A program made the position numbers and the translations under genes. Shown piece by piece: positions 12,111 to 25,384 of a DNA stretch of 64,000 nucleotides (position 1 is the first letter of the stretch; each line of letters opens with the position of its first letter). Source of the stretch: Stegostoma tigrinum (Eukaryota); contig NC_081357.1 in assembly GCF_030684315.1 (NCBI RefSeq), positions 42,829,517 to 42,893,516 of the forward strand, written 5' to 3'. Under the pieces are notes generated by a model. The model saw only the letters and a list, made by a program, of their open reading frames with translations, did not search any database and had not been told where the DNA came from.

Positions 12111-13709
12111 TTACGAGACAATTTTCAGTAGGAGTATGTGCAGATGGATGAAAAATTATGAACAAAAAGAAGCATTTTTTATTTCAGTTGTACTGACATT
12201 CAAGTAGAACTGAAGGAAAGAGTAATGTGTAATATATTTATTAGTTTGGATGATTCATGGAAACACTTTCACTAAACTATTAGTCACATTATTGGTTCTG
12301 TGTATCTTCTTATTGCTTAACCATGCCTTAGATTATTGGATTTTCAGCAGGTCTGAATCCTACCAGGAATAAATTATTCAGGGTCTTACTCTAAACAAAA
12401 AGAATAACAATTGAGGGGTGGTGGAAAGAGGAAGGGGGTGCAGCAGTGAACAAAAGGAATAGAAAGATTGTTGAACAGCCAAAGGCCTGACAAGACCAGT
12501 AATGAGGTAAGAGGTTTCAGTGTGTGTAGCTGTTGTGAAAGAATAAGCTACCTCAAGATACTTACACAATCTCTCACTGCAAAGATTGATGGGACATAAT
12601 GCTCTGAGTTTACAGTTGTTTTGACAAGTTACTCAATGTTAACTTGTTTACAATGGCTGGGCAACCATCAAAGGAAGTTGTATTTTTTTCAAAAGGGAAT
12701 TATTTTAGCATTTCCATTCTGGCTGAAGTAAGAGAAGGAAGAAGATGAGCTAATGCAGTTTTAGCTTCTGGATGACCAACTAAAAGGAGCCGAGCTTACA
12801 AGAATCCTTACCATCTATAAGCAAATCACAAGCACTCTCTGAGGAGCAGTGTAAAAGAAGGCTACATTTCTTTCAGAAACAAGTCACAAGTTAATAGTCT
12901 CTGCTGCACCATTTCCACCATATTGGAATGACTTCTTGACAATCTAACACATCTAGCAATTGGTGGTGTGTAAAAAATACTTTCCTTTGCAGGATAGATC
13001 CCTCACATCGGAAGCTGTTCTCAACAGCAAGTCAGAGGCTGAAGGCTAATTTCAGGAAGATACCATATCAAGCATCTTGTGCTATTTATGTTGGAGCACA
13101 CCGTGGCAGAGCTGCTTAAAGCTGGAATGGCACACAAAGAGTAAAAAGCAGATGTCAAACCATCCAAGATAACATATACCTTGTATGCATATGCCATATA
13201 CATCAGTATACCCGATTGGGGCTACCAACAGAAGGACAAAAGAAGTCTGTGTACTCACAAAGGACTGGAGCTTTATTTACATCTAACTCTGGGCTTCATC
13301 TTCCAGGAACTGACTCTCACTCCTTATGATGTTAAATCTATTTCTGTCACCTGGAGGTAGACATGTGGGACACAATATCTTCCACAGATACGTTCATCTT
13401 TTGCACTAGTTCTTCAAAAGCCACATTGTTTGAAAAAACTGGGTTTTTTTGTGTGCGTTTAAGCATATGTTCCCTGGAACTAAAGTGTAAGGATGGAAAT
13501 TGCATGGCGTTGTGCTTTAAAAAAGTATGAGATGCACTTAATGTACCATCACACTAATTCTCTGTCACTTACTTACATCCAGCAAGTCTTTCTGCTTCTC
13601 CCCCTGTGCAAACTTTTAATACATGTAAATGGACTTTTTTGACAATCTTTTAGACCCTCTTCGACCCTCCTCATACTCATATGGCTTCAACAAAAATCTG
13701 GATTCATTT

Positions 13710-13832
13710 CTAAAAATGTTTTTGGCTTAGTTCATAATTCTTGCTCTGTTTGAATTTTGGATCTGCCTTTTCAACATCCCTTATTTTGTTAACTTGAGTT
13801 GTCTCTTGGTTTTCTTTACCATCCCATTCTTT
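13710..13832 (-). CDS. Candidate last coding exon of the minus-strand gene model
   Basis: ttttaacaAG, then KEWDGKENQETTQVNKIRDVEKADPKFKQSKNYELSQKHF-TAG in phase 0. Confidence 0.25.
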   Translation of the reverse strand, partial: KEWDGKENQETTQVNKIRDVEKADPKFKQSKNYELSQKHF

Positions 13833-13994
13833 CTTGTTAAAATATTAACAATATCGATAATAATTAATGCTTTGGCTGGAGGTAATGAACCAAGTGTTAA
13901 AGTAAAACAATCCTTCAGTGACATTGATTTTTTAAAAAATACTTGTTGATTCCAGGTTTGAGAGGAGGTCTATATATTTTCAGTCAAATAGTAC

Positions 13995-14067
13995 CTGGAT
14001 TACAGTTGCTTGTGTAGAATTTCTCTGAGGGATGTTTCTGAAGTTCATCTGGACACTGCTTCTTTGT
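13995..14067 (-). CDS. Candidate exon (phase 2 to 0)
   Basis: atttcaacAG, QRSSVQMNFRNIPQRNSTQATVIQ, GTacta. Confidence 0.25.
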
Positions 14068-15945
14068 CTGTTGAAATATTAAAATTAATATCATTAGTTC
14101 TTGTTTTCTGCCATTTACCCTTCCAGTTCATGTGACATTGTAAGCTATCAAGCAAACAGTTAAGAGCGCCTCCTTACAGTTTACTACTTCCCTGCTCAGG
14201 GCACATGTCCCACAATCGATTGTTTATTTCACACTCCTGTTTGAAAGGGCTGATAAATGATAGGCATATGAGCCCTTTTGAAATATGTAACAAAGACCAT
14301 TAAAGAATACGCAGAGTCACAAAGACATTAGAAATAGACAAGGTGGCTCATTCCCTTTAAATCAGGGTGACGTTCGACCTAATTCAGACATTGTAACCCA
14401 TTAAATGAATTACTTGGCAATGACCAGTATCTGTACAATGATACCTTAGAATATATTAAACAGTTTCATGAGACGAAAGGGGAGAAAAAAATTAGTGATG
14501 TAAAACACCTTCACAGATTTGGTTCTCATGCAGTCACTTTCTCTCACATGGAGAGGAATGCAGAAATTTATCACAGTTCGCCTACCATCCACCTTCAGGA
14601 TGTTACGATCTGGCCCCAGATTTTTATGAGGACTCAGGAAAATCCGACCCACGCATCTTTCAAAACGCTTGCCCATCTTCATGTGTGATTTTGCCCAGCA
14701 CTTGTGTGTGAGGAGTGTGGATGCATAGTGACTCAGTCAGAAGTCACATCTCATATAATCCAACAGAATAACAGAGCTCCTAACATTACTTAGAGTCCCT
14801 GAAACCTCACAGCTCACTGAAATTAAGTCCCTTCATGCTTGCACTGTCACTATTGATAATGACCTAGTAACAGACATGGAACATGCCAAGAGGGAAATCC
14901 AAAAAAGCTAAACCATGACAGTTGCTTGTGGACTCTGGGGAGGTTGGGTGGATGGGGAATTGGGGTGGGGGCTCGGGGCCTAAGGGGCTTATTCAAGGCA
15001 CTCAGCGCACCTCACAGAGGATCTGCCATCTGCCGCCTTGCACTTGCTGCCAATCTCTGACTGACTGTCAGCTTTCAAGGGACCTGGGAATGGGAAGGCC
15101 CACCATTACCCAAATGCCTTGTTGTTGCCGACATTAAAAACTGCCCATGGATATATTCTTGTATGGCACTCCGCAGGTATCTATTAAAAATTCATATGTC
15201 CCAATATACTGACTATATGAACACTATACAAATTATTATGCATTTGACGGTAGGTATTGTCTGAATATGCCAAATGATATGTGCCTCTGGCATCACTTTG
15301 TGCATAGTCAGGTGCACAGATCTATAAAAGAAATAGGAGATATTATTTCAAAGAACCATGAAGCTAAACAGATCTATTTAAGCAGGTGCTTCCTGCACTG
15401 AAAGACCTGATTTGACCCAGGTTTGTCCCTGCGTTCTATTTAGCTGACGCATAGCTCTGGGATATAATACCACAGAAATCAAAAATAATCACTCTGGTAC
15501 TTCTATCAAATAGATTGTGTGTTCTCTGGTAGTCCAGAGATAACTGATTACATTCTGCAGACTGTTCCCTCATTAGATACATTAAGTAACAACCTCCTCT
15601 ACCTGCAGTTATGGCTAGAAACTTATCACTTTTCAACACCTCAATTTGCAGACTCTTGTTATTTGTCTTATGATGAAAATGTCCTGATCTAGCAATATAG
15701 ATAACATTGAGGATTAGACAAATACCTATATGTGTGCATACATATTTTATTGAAACATGGTAACAGAGATAATACTGGAGCTGAGATTTGTAAATATATT
15801 ACTTTATGCTGTCCTGCCTTCATTGTACAACCTTAACAGCTAAATGAAGGCAATAAACTATGTATATACAACCACTAATGTCAATAATATAGTTGATTGG
15901 CTGTAAAGAACTTGAGTATTGCTGAAAAATGACACATTTTATTCA

Positions 15946-16170
15946 AATAACACAGTGTGGAGCTGGAGGAACACAGCAGGCCTGGCAGCATCAGAGGATC
16001 AGGAAAGCTGACGTTTTAGGATAGGATCCTTCTTCAAAAGGGGCCATTTTCTGAAGAAGGGTGCCAACCTGAAATGTCAGCTTTTCTGATCCTCTGATGC
16101 AGCCTGGGCTGCTATGTTCCTCCAGCTCCACACTGTGTTATCTCAGACTCCAGCATCAGCAGTTCCTACT
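15946..16170. mobile_element. Fold-back PLE mini-element
   Basis: Arm 15946-16037 is inverted relative to ~16048-16143, with the tail on the right arm. Imperfect TSD cacattt(t)tatt(c/g)aa on both sides. Confidence 0.85.
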
Positions 16171-16183
16171 AAACCCACATTTT

Positions 16184-16560
16184 ATTGAAGCTATTCGTCT
16201 TGCATTCATTCGGACAATTTTCAAGAATAACAATTCAAAGACAAAATAAAAATTAACACTTGCATGTGATGGAAGATTGGTTGGGAAGTAGACTCTGGTC
16301 GGGCCATTTCCATAAATAATGCACAAATTAGTAATGAGTGATAATTAACTTTCAGGCTTTGTTTACATTTTAAACAGGGAGGGTGATACTGGCAATTAAC
16401 TGCCAGTTATCATTAATTGGTGCATGAAATGGTTTCTTGGCAACACCTCTACCAATTAGCACTTTCTGTTCATGTAGCGAAAATGCTGGCTTTCTCTTCG
16501 AATTGTTATTCTTGTGAACCATCCTGATGAGTTCAGGATGAAAAATTTTGACAATATGCT
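16184..16560. mobile_element. Old palindromic element with hammerhead-like ends (third PLE-like family)
   Basis: The right end 'cctgatgagttcaggatgaaaaattttgac' mirrors the left end, whose reverse complement is 'ccgaatgaatgcaagacgaatagcttcaa'. Imperfect inverted arms extend inward (caagaataacaattc / gaattgttattcttg). Confidence 0.6.
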
Positions 16561-18574
16561 CTTTTTTTAAGGAACATTACTAATATGTTAAGCTTTAAGT
16601 ACTATACTTCTATTTCTGGAGACTGTGCCCAGCCTAGAATGAGGGATAGAAGTAAATTCTGATCGATGATGAAGCCAGAATTTGTGAGTAATGGTGGGTG
16701 GCTTGAATACAGAATTATTCCTGACACATGCTAATTCCCAATCGCTATTCTGGTATGTTTCAGCTCAGAATTCATACAGATGTACTTAAGGAAGTGTTGC
16801 CGATTGTAAGCCTTCCCTAGTGTGTCAATTTATTGAATTGTACAGACTAACGGGAATGCAGAAACTGTGTGTCATTGCAATACAATGTCCACGTGATGCC
16901 ATCAGATGCTTCTAAATTAGTCTGGAAACTTTATATAGCCTGCATTTTAAGGTTTGACATCTAAATCTTTGAATAAATGTTTAACTTGGCAAAATCAACT
17001 TTGTGATTGGAAGTCTCAATATGTTACAGACAAAGATAACCAGAAACAATGTGGTTTCTGCACTTCTTTTTCCTGGAAACAAGCAAATGTATAAAATGAG
17101 TTATGAAGCAGCTTCATGAACCATCGCCGTTACAATTTGCAGTTCCTTTTCAGGAACAGACAATGCGAGCAGAGCTGTAACCTTCCCAGAATTCAGTGGT
17201 GGTGCTCTCAAAACAGCCCAGTGATCACATGTGATCCAGGGTGACCTCTACATCAAGTGTGGCCCTCAGCAATTTTGCTTTTATTTGCACCAGCAGGCCT
17301 CAATTCACTTCTGAAGGAATAAAAAGATATATCGGACTCTCTCCACAGATTTTGTCAGACCTGCTGAGTTTCTGTTTTTATTTGAGGCCTTCATTTGGAT
17401 CTTGCTCGACTGTCAGATGGTGGCTAAGTTGAAACTCAGTATTGTTCTCTTGACTTCAGTTGATCACCAGCAAGACTAAAGAACATTATTAGAAGGCAGA
17501 TTTATTCTAGTTTTCATATACCATGTGAAATTAAAATATTTAACCCTGTACTTGTCAGCTAATGTGTGTTTACCGCCAGAGTTCCACAAGAAGTGTTCGT
17601 CCTCCATCATTTTTCTCGTAACTATTTTGGTCATGTCTGACCTCTCGTTCTTTTAACCTCTGTTCTCACAATAATTTTTACAATTATTTCAGGGTCAGCT
17701 TAACCTCAAGCACAAATCTGTCTATGTATTGTATAATAAAAGTACTGGGCTCTTAGCGCAATATATTTTGAGTGTGTCTTCTCGAAAGTTCCCAAGTATA
17801 TAGTTCTCTGATTACCATAACAGTGTGAAAAATAAACAGTTTGCCTGATTTCAATCATTTTGACTTTTAGTGAAACTGAAAAAATTCAGAAATATAGTTT
17901 TTAGACTGAGGCAATCTACTTTCAGGCGATTAAAGATTGCTTTGTGTTACTCTTCTTTTAATCACAGTGTAATTCTAACTGTCCAGATCCATGAAATAAT
18001 GCTATCATCAATCTTAATTGCTTCAGTGTATTGTAATTTTCCAAACAAATTCTGCTACCAGTGTAACTTTTCTCCTTACATGGTCTAGAAACCTTCTACA
18101 TCTCTCCATTGTTGTGTATTCATGCCTCTGACCTGAAAGACAATATAATTCAGAAAGTCAAACAAAATCTCTCAGAACAATCACAATTCCCGGTACACAG
18201 ACATGTATAACTACTTAGACCATAAGCTGAACTATCCTTCTTATAAAGCCAGATCATGCATTCAGTGTGGTTTTAAATCCAAGGGGTGTGAGGCAATCGC
18301 CCTCAAAAAGTCAAACCATGTCCCTGACTTCAGGAGCATCAGAACAACAGTCAAGTGCCAGCCTGGCTGAAAAAGATTGAAATTATTTTACCTACATTTT
18401 GGAAGTATTTGATAAACAAACTGGCTAGTGTCTTGCATTGTTCATGCTGCTCTGCGGGAAATGGTAAAGGACAATGACATTTTTTTGAACATTTGCTTAC
18501 TGAAAATTTGCCAACTGGTAGCAACAAATGTGTGTCGTGAATGGACCCTGGGTAAAAATGTTACTGGTTGACAG

Positions 18575-18666
18575 TGACGAAGGATCTAGGCCTGAAACGT
18601 CGGCTTTTGTTCTCCAAAGAGGCTGCTTGGCCTGCTGTGTTCATCCAGCCCCGCACTTTGTTATCT
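18575..18666 (+). mobile_element. Solo PLE terminus
   Basis: Starts at the hammerhead box (gacgaaggatctaggcctgaaacgtc) and ends at ttgttatct. TSD ctggttgacagt / ctggttgatggt differs by CpG decay. Confidence 0.8.
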
Positions 18667-19644
18667 CTGGTTGATGGTTATTTGCATGTGGGAGCAATTA
18701 TGCTTTCTGCTGCCTCACTGTGCAACACTGTGCGAGTGCTGAGCAGTATGTCAGGTACGCACTGGTGGGTGGAGGGCACGGTTTTAACCTGACCTGTTGA
18801 GTGTAAGATACTGCAATAGAGTGATACACTGCTTTAAGTCCTGTACAATGTTAACCCTCTGGCTAACTATGAGAAGAATTAAAGAAGGCTGGGTTTAAAA
18901 AAAGAGAGGCATTTTTCCTAGCAATATCCTGAAGGGATATGTTAGATTTTTCCACCATGATTCTACTGCTGCCTGATGCAACGTCTCATCTTGAATGATC
19001 ATTGGCCCCATATTTTCATGACCCAGCCCTTGACCTGTGCAAGAGCTTCTGACCAAATTGGATAGTTTCTCAGAATCCGCAGTAGTTTATCTCTAACAAG
19101 ACATGGGGCAGTGTAATATCACAAAGGTCATTTAGCATTTTGCACAGAAAAGATTGGAAACAGTCACTAACATCAATTATAATAAGATTCAGAGGTATGT
19201 GCTCCAGTCCCTACGTCAGTGAAAGCAGCACATTGCAAAGGTTCACCATTTAAGCTCAGGCTGTGGGCTGCAGCTCATTTCAATAATATTAATCTTTAAG
19301 TTTGAAACATGGAGTACAGCTGGGACAAGAGGATGTGAGGGCCATTAGGCCAGCAGACATTTATTGGCTGAAATAAACAAAAACATTGATATATTTTTCT
19401 AAACAAAATCCACCACTTGTAGTAAACAACTGGCTGGAGTTCTGCATCACGCATTACTCTTCCAAAGCTGTTCATGACAGGTCACGCTACTTTCAATTTA
19501 AAAATAATTGAGACACAGGCACTTTCATTACAAAATTGCATTGACGCTAAATAGTTAGCTACTATCAACAGACACAGAAATTGCAATGTGTAGCTATATT
19601 ATGTCCATTCAGTTTACTATAGACAACAAGCCAAATACCATTAC

Positions 19645-19692
19645 CTTGTACAGCTGCAAAGCTCAGCTAGTGCCATCTTTATTATTAAACAG
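19645..19692 (-). CDS. Candidate 48-nt exon (phase 2 to 2)
   Basis: cacttctAG, CLIIKMALAELCSCT, AG|GTaatg. Confidence 0.3.
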
Positions 19693-22600
19693 CTAGAAGT
19701 GTCAGAAAGTGATCAATATGGTGAGTGTTTAATCTAGTCTCCCTTTATTAAAGCCAGTCTTCTAGTTTAAGGGGTGGGGGGGTGCATGTGGTTATTTGTA
19801 AGAGCTGGCTAAGTAATCCTCAGTTCACAAACTGAAATTGATATATTAAAGGAGAGGGTGGGCTTCAATTCTTTTGAATGCTGCACTGGAACCCTGGGTG
19901 GAGGAGATGGAGAGGAGAAACTATTCAGCCACAAGCTCGGAAGACAGGGGGGAAACACAGCTTATCAGTCACTTTACCGAATGCTGCAGGGCTTGTCCAG
20001 AGTAATGCAGATAGCAGAAGTATTATTTCATCTTGTCAATGGCAATTGTAGCACATTTTGCAGGGCAACAGGGGATTTCATTATCAGTCCCCTACACGTG
20101 ATCACGTAAGTAGAGCCAGGAGCCACATGGTCAGCAGAGAGCCATGATGACCAAGGGCCACAGCATTGATTTGTTGAGGTGATTTGAATGCACCATGCAC
20201 AACAGACTGCCAATGAATGAATATCTTGGGCATTGCCCTGCACAAGTCTCTGCCTCTGTTTACTCACTACGTGGCTGTTGAGGAAGTGGATCCCAATCAT
20301 GGTCAGAGTTGGAATGCAGAGCTGGCAAAGCCTCCCAATTGCAATCGATGGATGCTTGCAACCTGGGCACACCACGATCCCCACAGCTCCATGTTCACGC
20401 TGCCTGATTCTTTCTCTCCACATGTGAAATGTTGTTGGCCCTCATTGAGTTGAGAGGATCTGTGCCTACCCTGCTAGAACAGTGGTTGGTGATATGCTGC
20501 AATTACCAGTTACTGAGGGTAACCTTCACAATCACTGGTAATGTGGCCACTGCCCTGTTCTGAGATGCAGTTATGGCTGCACTGGGGGATAGATTTCAGT
20601 GAAGATGCTCTTCCTGAAGTGCAGAAAATGCAGACAATGTTCCTTACTAATGTCCAGGGCTGTGAATTGCATCATGAACACACTGGGCAGAGATAGCCCC
20701 CTGCCAAGAGCCATCCTCTCTCCCTCTCACTCACATTTCTCTTTCTTTTCTCACTTCCAACGGCTTGACCTATTTCACATGCCCATCTGTTCAATATCCA
20801 GCTTTTCCTGCACTCTGAGAGGAATGCTGAATAGTCTGCCCATTGGATTGAGAGCAATTGGTCTTTGCCGAAGCATTGAAACAGTGAAAAACTCCTTTAA
20901 TGTCTCCCACTGTGCTTTCACAACTTTCAAGCGTTAGAGGCACCAGATGGTTGTTGGATCAAAGCAGCACCCAGTAGAATTTAAGCAGCAAATGGCTTGT
21001 ATTTGGTTAATTCTCATTCTCAGTTGCACTAGTGAGGAGTGTTTTTCAGCTATCTGTTGCTGCACTCATTGGACTACTGAGCTTCAAAATGGCATTGCTC
21101 CTGTCAAATCAGAGTTCTGCTTTATAGGATTGCTATCATGGTCCACCAGCTCTGCGATCCAGGCAGTGGCTGCATCAAAATGCTTGCCTATCAGCTCCCA
21201 GGGAAACACATCCCAAAGGTGGGCATTTGCATCACTGATGCCACTTTGGGCGCCAAACTGCACCAGTAACACTCAAACAATGGCTGCGATCGATGTGATG
21301 TTGCATCCTTGATAAGAGCCTTACAATCAGCATCACGTGGACTGACGGAATAAAATCACTGGGGAATGGGAAAGACAAGTGTGAAGGAAGTTGCTCTACT
21401 GGAATCTAACTTGTAAGTGAAATCCAAAGTCTGCTCAGACCAGGTCATCTGGATTTAATTTATAAAGTCACATTATTGCTAGTGGAGAAAAAAGACTTGG
21501 CATTCAAAAGGCATATTTGAAAGGTTCATGGACTGGGTCTGTCAAGCTCTTAAATAACATATAGAGTAATTTATATAAGCTTCATCATCAATGTATGTGT
21601 TTAAAATAAAACCTCAAAACCTGCCATCTCCTAACTGTCTTGCCAACAAATATATCCAATGATATTGCATTTTTCTTCCATTCACAATTCCTCGATAATA
21701 AAAACCTTAGTCATTGTTGAGGGACAATGGTGGAGCTTAATGGCAGAGAAGACAGATTAATGACTGCAGTGGTAAAAGCCAAAATTAAACATCTGTCAAG
21801 TACACGTACAGTACTAAACCTTTTATCGGGCCTTTACAGCAACATGAAATATTGGCCATGTTTTAGAACAGACTTTATTAATACCTCTGCTATTGCCAAA
21901 TTCCAATGTAAATGTTTCCGTCTGATTTAGAAACTAACTTGCATCTGCTTTGTACAAAGGCAAATGTCTCTTTTTTTAACCCTTTATTTTAAACACTGGG
22001 TACCCTACCTTCTGCCACTCCCGAAAATGAAAAGTCAACAAGAAAGACAAGCCAGCAAAGAAAGCTGTTCCTGTGTTATTTAACAGCAAATTAGTCATTA
22101 ATGGGATGGAGGTGAGATTTTTGCCCCTCTGGGATAGAAAAGCCAGTTTCAGAGAGCTGCCATCCAATTTTAATACGTCCAGCAATACCAACTGAGAGCA
22201 ATGGCAACCGTTGGGACTACAGGTTGTTCCCTAATGGGGATTGTCACTGAAGCTAGGCACCAAGGTAAGTAAGGAGGAAATTTCCCTCCAGTCAGGCTGT
22301 CACAGGGTGAAGAGGGGTTAGGGGTTGAGGTTTAACTGATAGAGAGCAATGTAAAAGAAGAAGTTTGAGCTTGGCAGCACAAGAGACCTACAAAGGAGGT
22401 GCCACCACTTTTGCCCATCATCAGCCTGCACAGCTATGTCTAACAGCCAGCATTTGGTAAGGTCAGCTAAAATAGTGCATGGAGCAGAAAGACCCACTGA
22501 AAGGCCCCAGAAGGCACAAGGGCAGGTGAGACACCTGAAATCTATCCTGTCCTCAACAAATCTCTGACAGGAGGGGTCTAGGGACTGGCAGGTTTGTAAT

Positions 22601-25104
22601 GGGACAGCCAGCCCTCCAAATCTGCTGGTACTGGACTGTAGGTCCAGCTGAGTTACAATGCCATGCATGATATCCAAAAACACAAACCTTTTCATTACTT
22701 CCATATTTGACATCATCTCAAACACATGCTCTCGCCGGTGTAACAGGTATATATCCAATTAAACAAGTTGGCTTTTGGATATTAATTCCTAAATGTTAAA
22801 CATAATGCACAATTTAAAATATGTTTCTTCACCCAGATTGCAAGTTTCTTCCTTCCTATCCTGTAGGTTAGTGCTTTCCTGCACTCCACCAGATGGGCGT
22901 TTGTAACATGCCAAGGTAGACAGCAGATTATTTGACCGTACCTGCCTTTATATCCAAGACTTAGTTACTCTCCATACTTTCCACCATGGATCACTGAATT
23001 GTGATGATGTGGAGGAATTTGAGCTGGTATATTGCCAGACAGAGCATGGTCCAAGACATGAAAGAACTCTACCAATTCAAACCAAACCCAGCCAGTTTAA
23101 TACAGAATCATGAATGCAACGAGAGAAGCCAGGAAAAGGCTACATGTCAAAATGTTAAACACAGACAACAGCAGTTTTCAGCAGTCCCAGCATTAGGGGA
23201 GTACCATGGCAGGATGAAATCTTCCTGGGGAATAAGATAGGCCCACAGCAAGAATTCAACTTCCTTGATTGCACAGACCCACAGGACAGATTTTAGAGAA
23301 ATTGAAGCAAATGACAGAGAGAGTAATCTCAAATTAAATACCAGAGTGAATGGTAAATGTAAATTCTCCTTTTGGATTTTCATGACCATGCATTATAACC
23401 ACACATGTATATAAAAGCGTCATATTGGATATTTTTAATAAAATGACAATAGCCAAGCATTGGCAGTAGATATAAATTCCATGACTGCCTAAAGCGAGAG
23501 ATAGTCTGCGATATCACAACTGGCAAGGAGTCAATGAACCTTCAAAGGGAGAAAATTCAATCAGAACTGAACTGGGATTATCTCAGATTATAAACACTAC
23601 GGTAAAAAAATGACAGTAGTCTAGGCAAGCGACATATTTGTCCTTTCCCCCTTTCAAGAATACAGAGAGACAGGGATTAAATATAAGTTTCAACTCTGGT
23701 TGTGTCCTAAATATGTGGACCAGTGTGCTGTGAGCGTTACTGGTTTGAGAATAGCCAGTTAAACACCCCAGCACTGCAGGTAAAACTTTTCCACTCTGAG
23801 TGCTGTCAGTCAGTACTGCTAAGAGGAATCAGGACAACAGTGTTTTAGCCAATCTACTAAAATAAAAATCTCAAAACTAGACACTCAACTATCAGTGTCA
23901 ACATTACCAGTGACATCCATTGTAATAACCATAATGTTCAACCATCTGCTGTTCCATTTTTTAAACTTTTATCTTTTTAGATCCTCATCATTGCTAAGTC
24001 ATGTGTATGTGTGTTGCATTATTATTTCTTCTTGGATTTAGTGGTTAGTCAACTAACTTTGTTCTTTCAAAAAGGCCTGGCTAAACTGGCTACTTTTAAA
24101 ACAACAGTTCATTTGGATTTGGGAGAAAAGTATCCACAAGATAAATGGATATCCACTTAAAATTAACTTTGTTGTAACCAAGCAAGGGGGAGGTGAATAG
24201 TCAAGGGGAGCTGGCTTATCTCTCCACTCTTGGGAGATTAACACTTTAAGGTATCTCCTCTGGAACTGTGGCAAATTAGGAAGCCGCACCCAGGGCCAAG
24301 TCATAACAGAGTGTTAGCAAGGTTAAGGTCACTAATCCTAAAACTGCAGTCCATTCAACTTTGGGACTGAGGAAATACAAGAATCAAAGTTAGACACCAG
24401 GTGAATGCTATACTTTGTTGCAAAAGGAAGAGATTAAATAGCCTAAAGATATTTGCGTCCAAACTGTGCAAGAGGGTGGAATATTTTACATTTTCAAAAA
24501 TAAACCAGTGCATTCATCATTCATTTATCCCAGAAACTTCAATATTTTTTCTGAACAATTGGATTCAGGGCACCACTGTCCAAAAACCCTGATGTCCCTT
24601 GAGAAGAAATCAAAGAGATAAAATTGTTGACATATTGCACAGAGCCTTTCAAGATGACACAGTGACAGTGATGGTTGGATGAAGAAATCCTTTTACAATA
24701 GAAGGCCAGACCACTAGTAAGAAGCAAGGAAGTAATCTGATCCTTTATTCATTTATTCATTCATGGGATAAGGGTGTCCCTGGCAAGGCAGCATTTATTT
24801 CCCATCCTGAACTGCCCAGAGGCCAGTTCAGAGTCATATAGATTGTCATATATTATCATAATTGCTAACGAAAGCAAGTAAAGTTTTTTTTTAATTCTCC
24901 AGCCAGAAAAGTGACTGTAAACTCTGAGAAATGACATAATGGAGTTAGAAAGAGATCTTCAGTCATACAAGGAAAGCCTGCAAGAACTTCAAAATAAATG
25001 CAAGACCATTGAAGCTTCAGTCAGCAGAAGTTAGTGCATCTGTGGGGGCAAACTTCAATTGGATGAAATTAATATTTAAAATCATGCAGAGAGAATGTCA
25101 ATAT

Positions 25105-25285
25105 AAGTCGGAGAAACTCAGCAAGTCTGGCAGCATATGTGGAGAGAAGACAGAACTGAAGAGGATTATTGGACTCAAAATATTAACTTTGTTTTCTCTC
25201 CACAGATACTGCCAGACTAGCTGGGTTTCTCCAACAATTGCGGGTTTTGTTTGTTTCAGATCTCCAGCATCAGCACTTCTTCATT
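25105..25285. mobile_element. Fold-back relic of a fourth PLE-terminus family
   Basis: ggagaaactcagc..gtctggcagcatatgtggagagaa is inverted to ttctctccacagatactgccagactagctgggtttctcc. The centre holds a decayed hammerhead 'ctgaagagg...ggactcaaaatatt'. Related relics lie at ~1510-1610, 17310-17380 and 39765-39840. Confidence 0.65.
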
Positions 25286-25384
25286 TTATGTAAATGTGAG
25301 TTTGATATTTTCAGAGAAAAGTAACTTCAATCCTCAGCAAAGGCTTATTTGAAGAAGTGCAATGTTTGTTCAGATGAAATATGA

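Noticed and set aside
19860-21350. Possible further Harbinger relic
   Set aside because: The motif resemblance is too weak to support a call.
22688-22788. AG/GT-bounded segment on the - strand
   Set aside because: Stop codons occur in all three frames from the acceptor.
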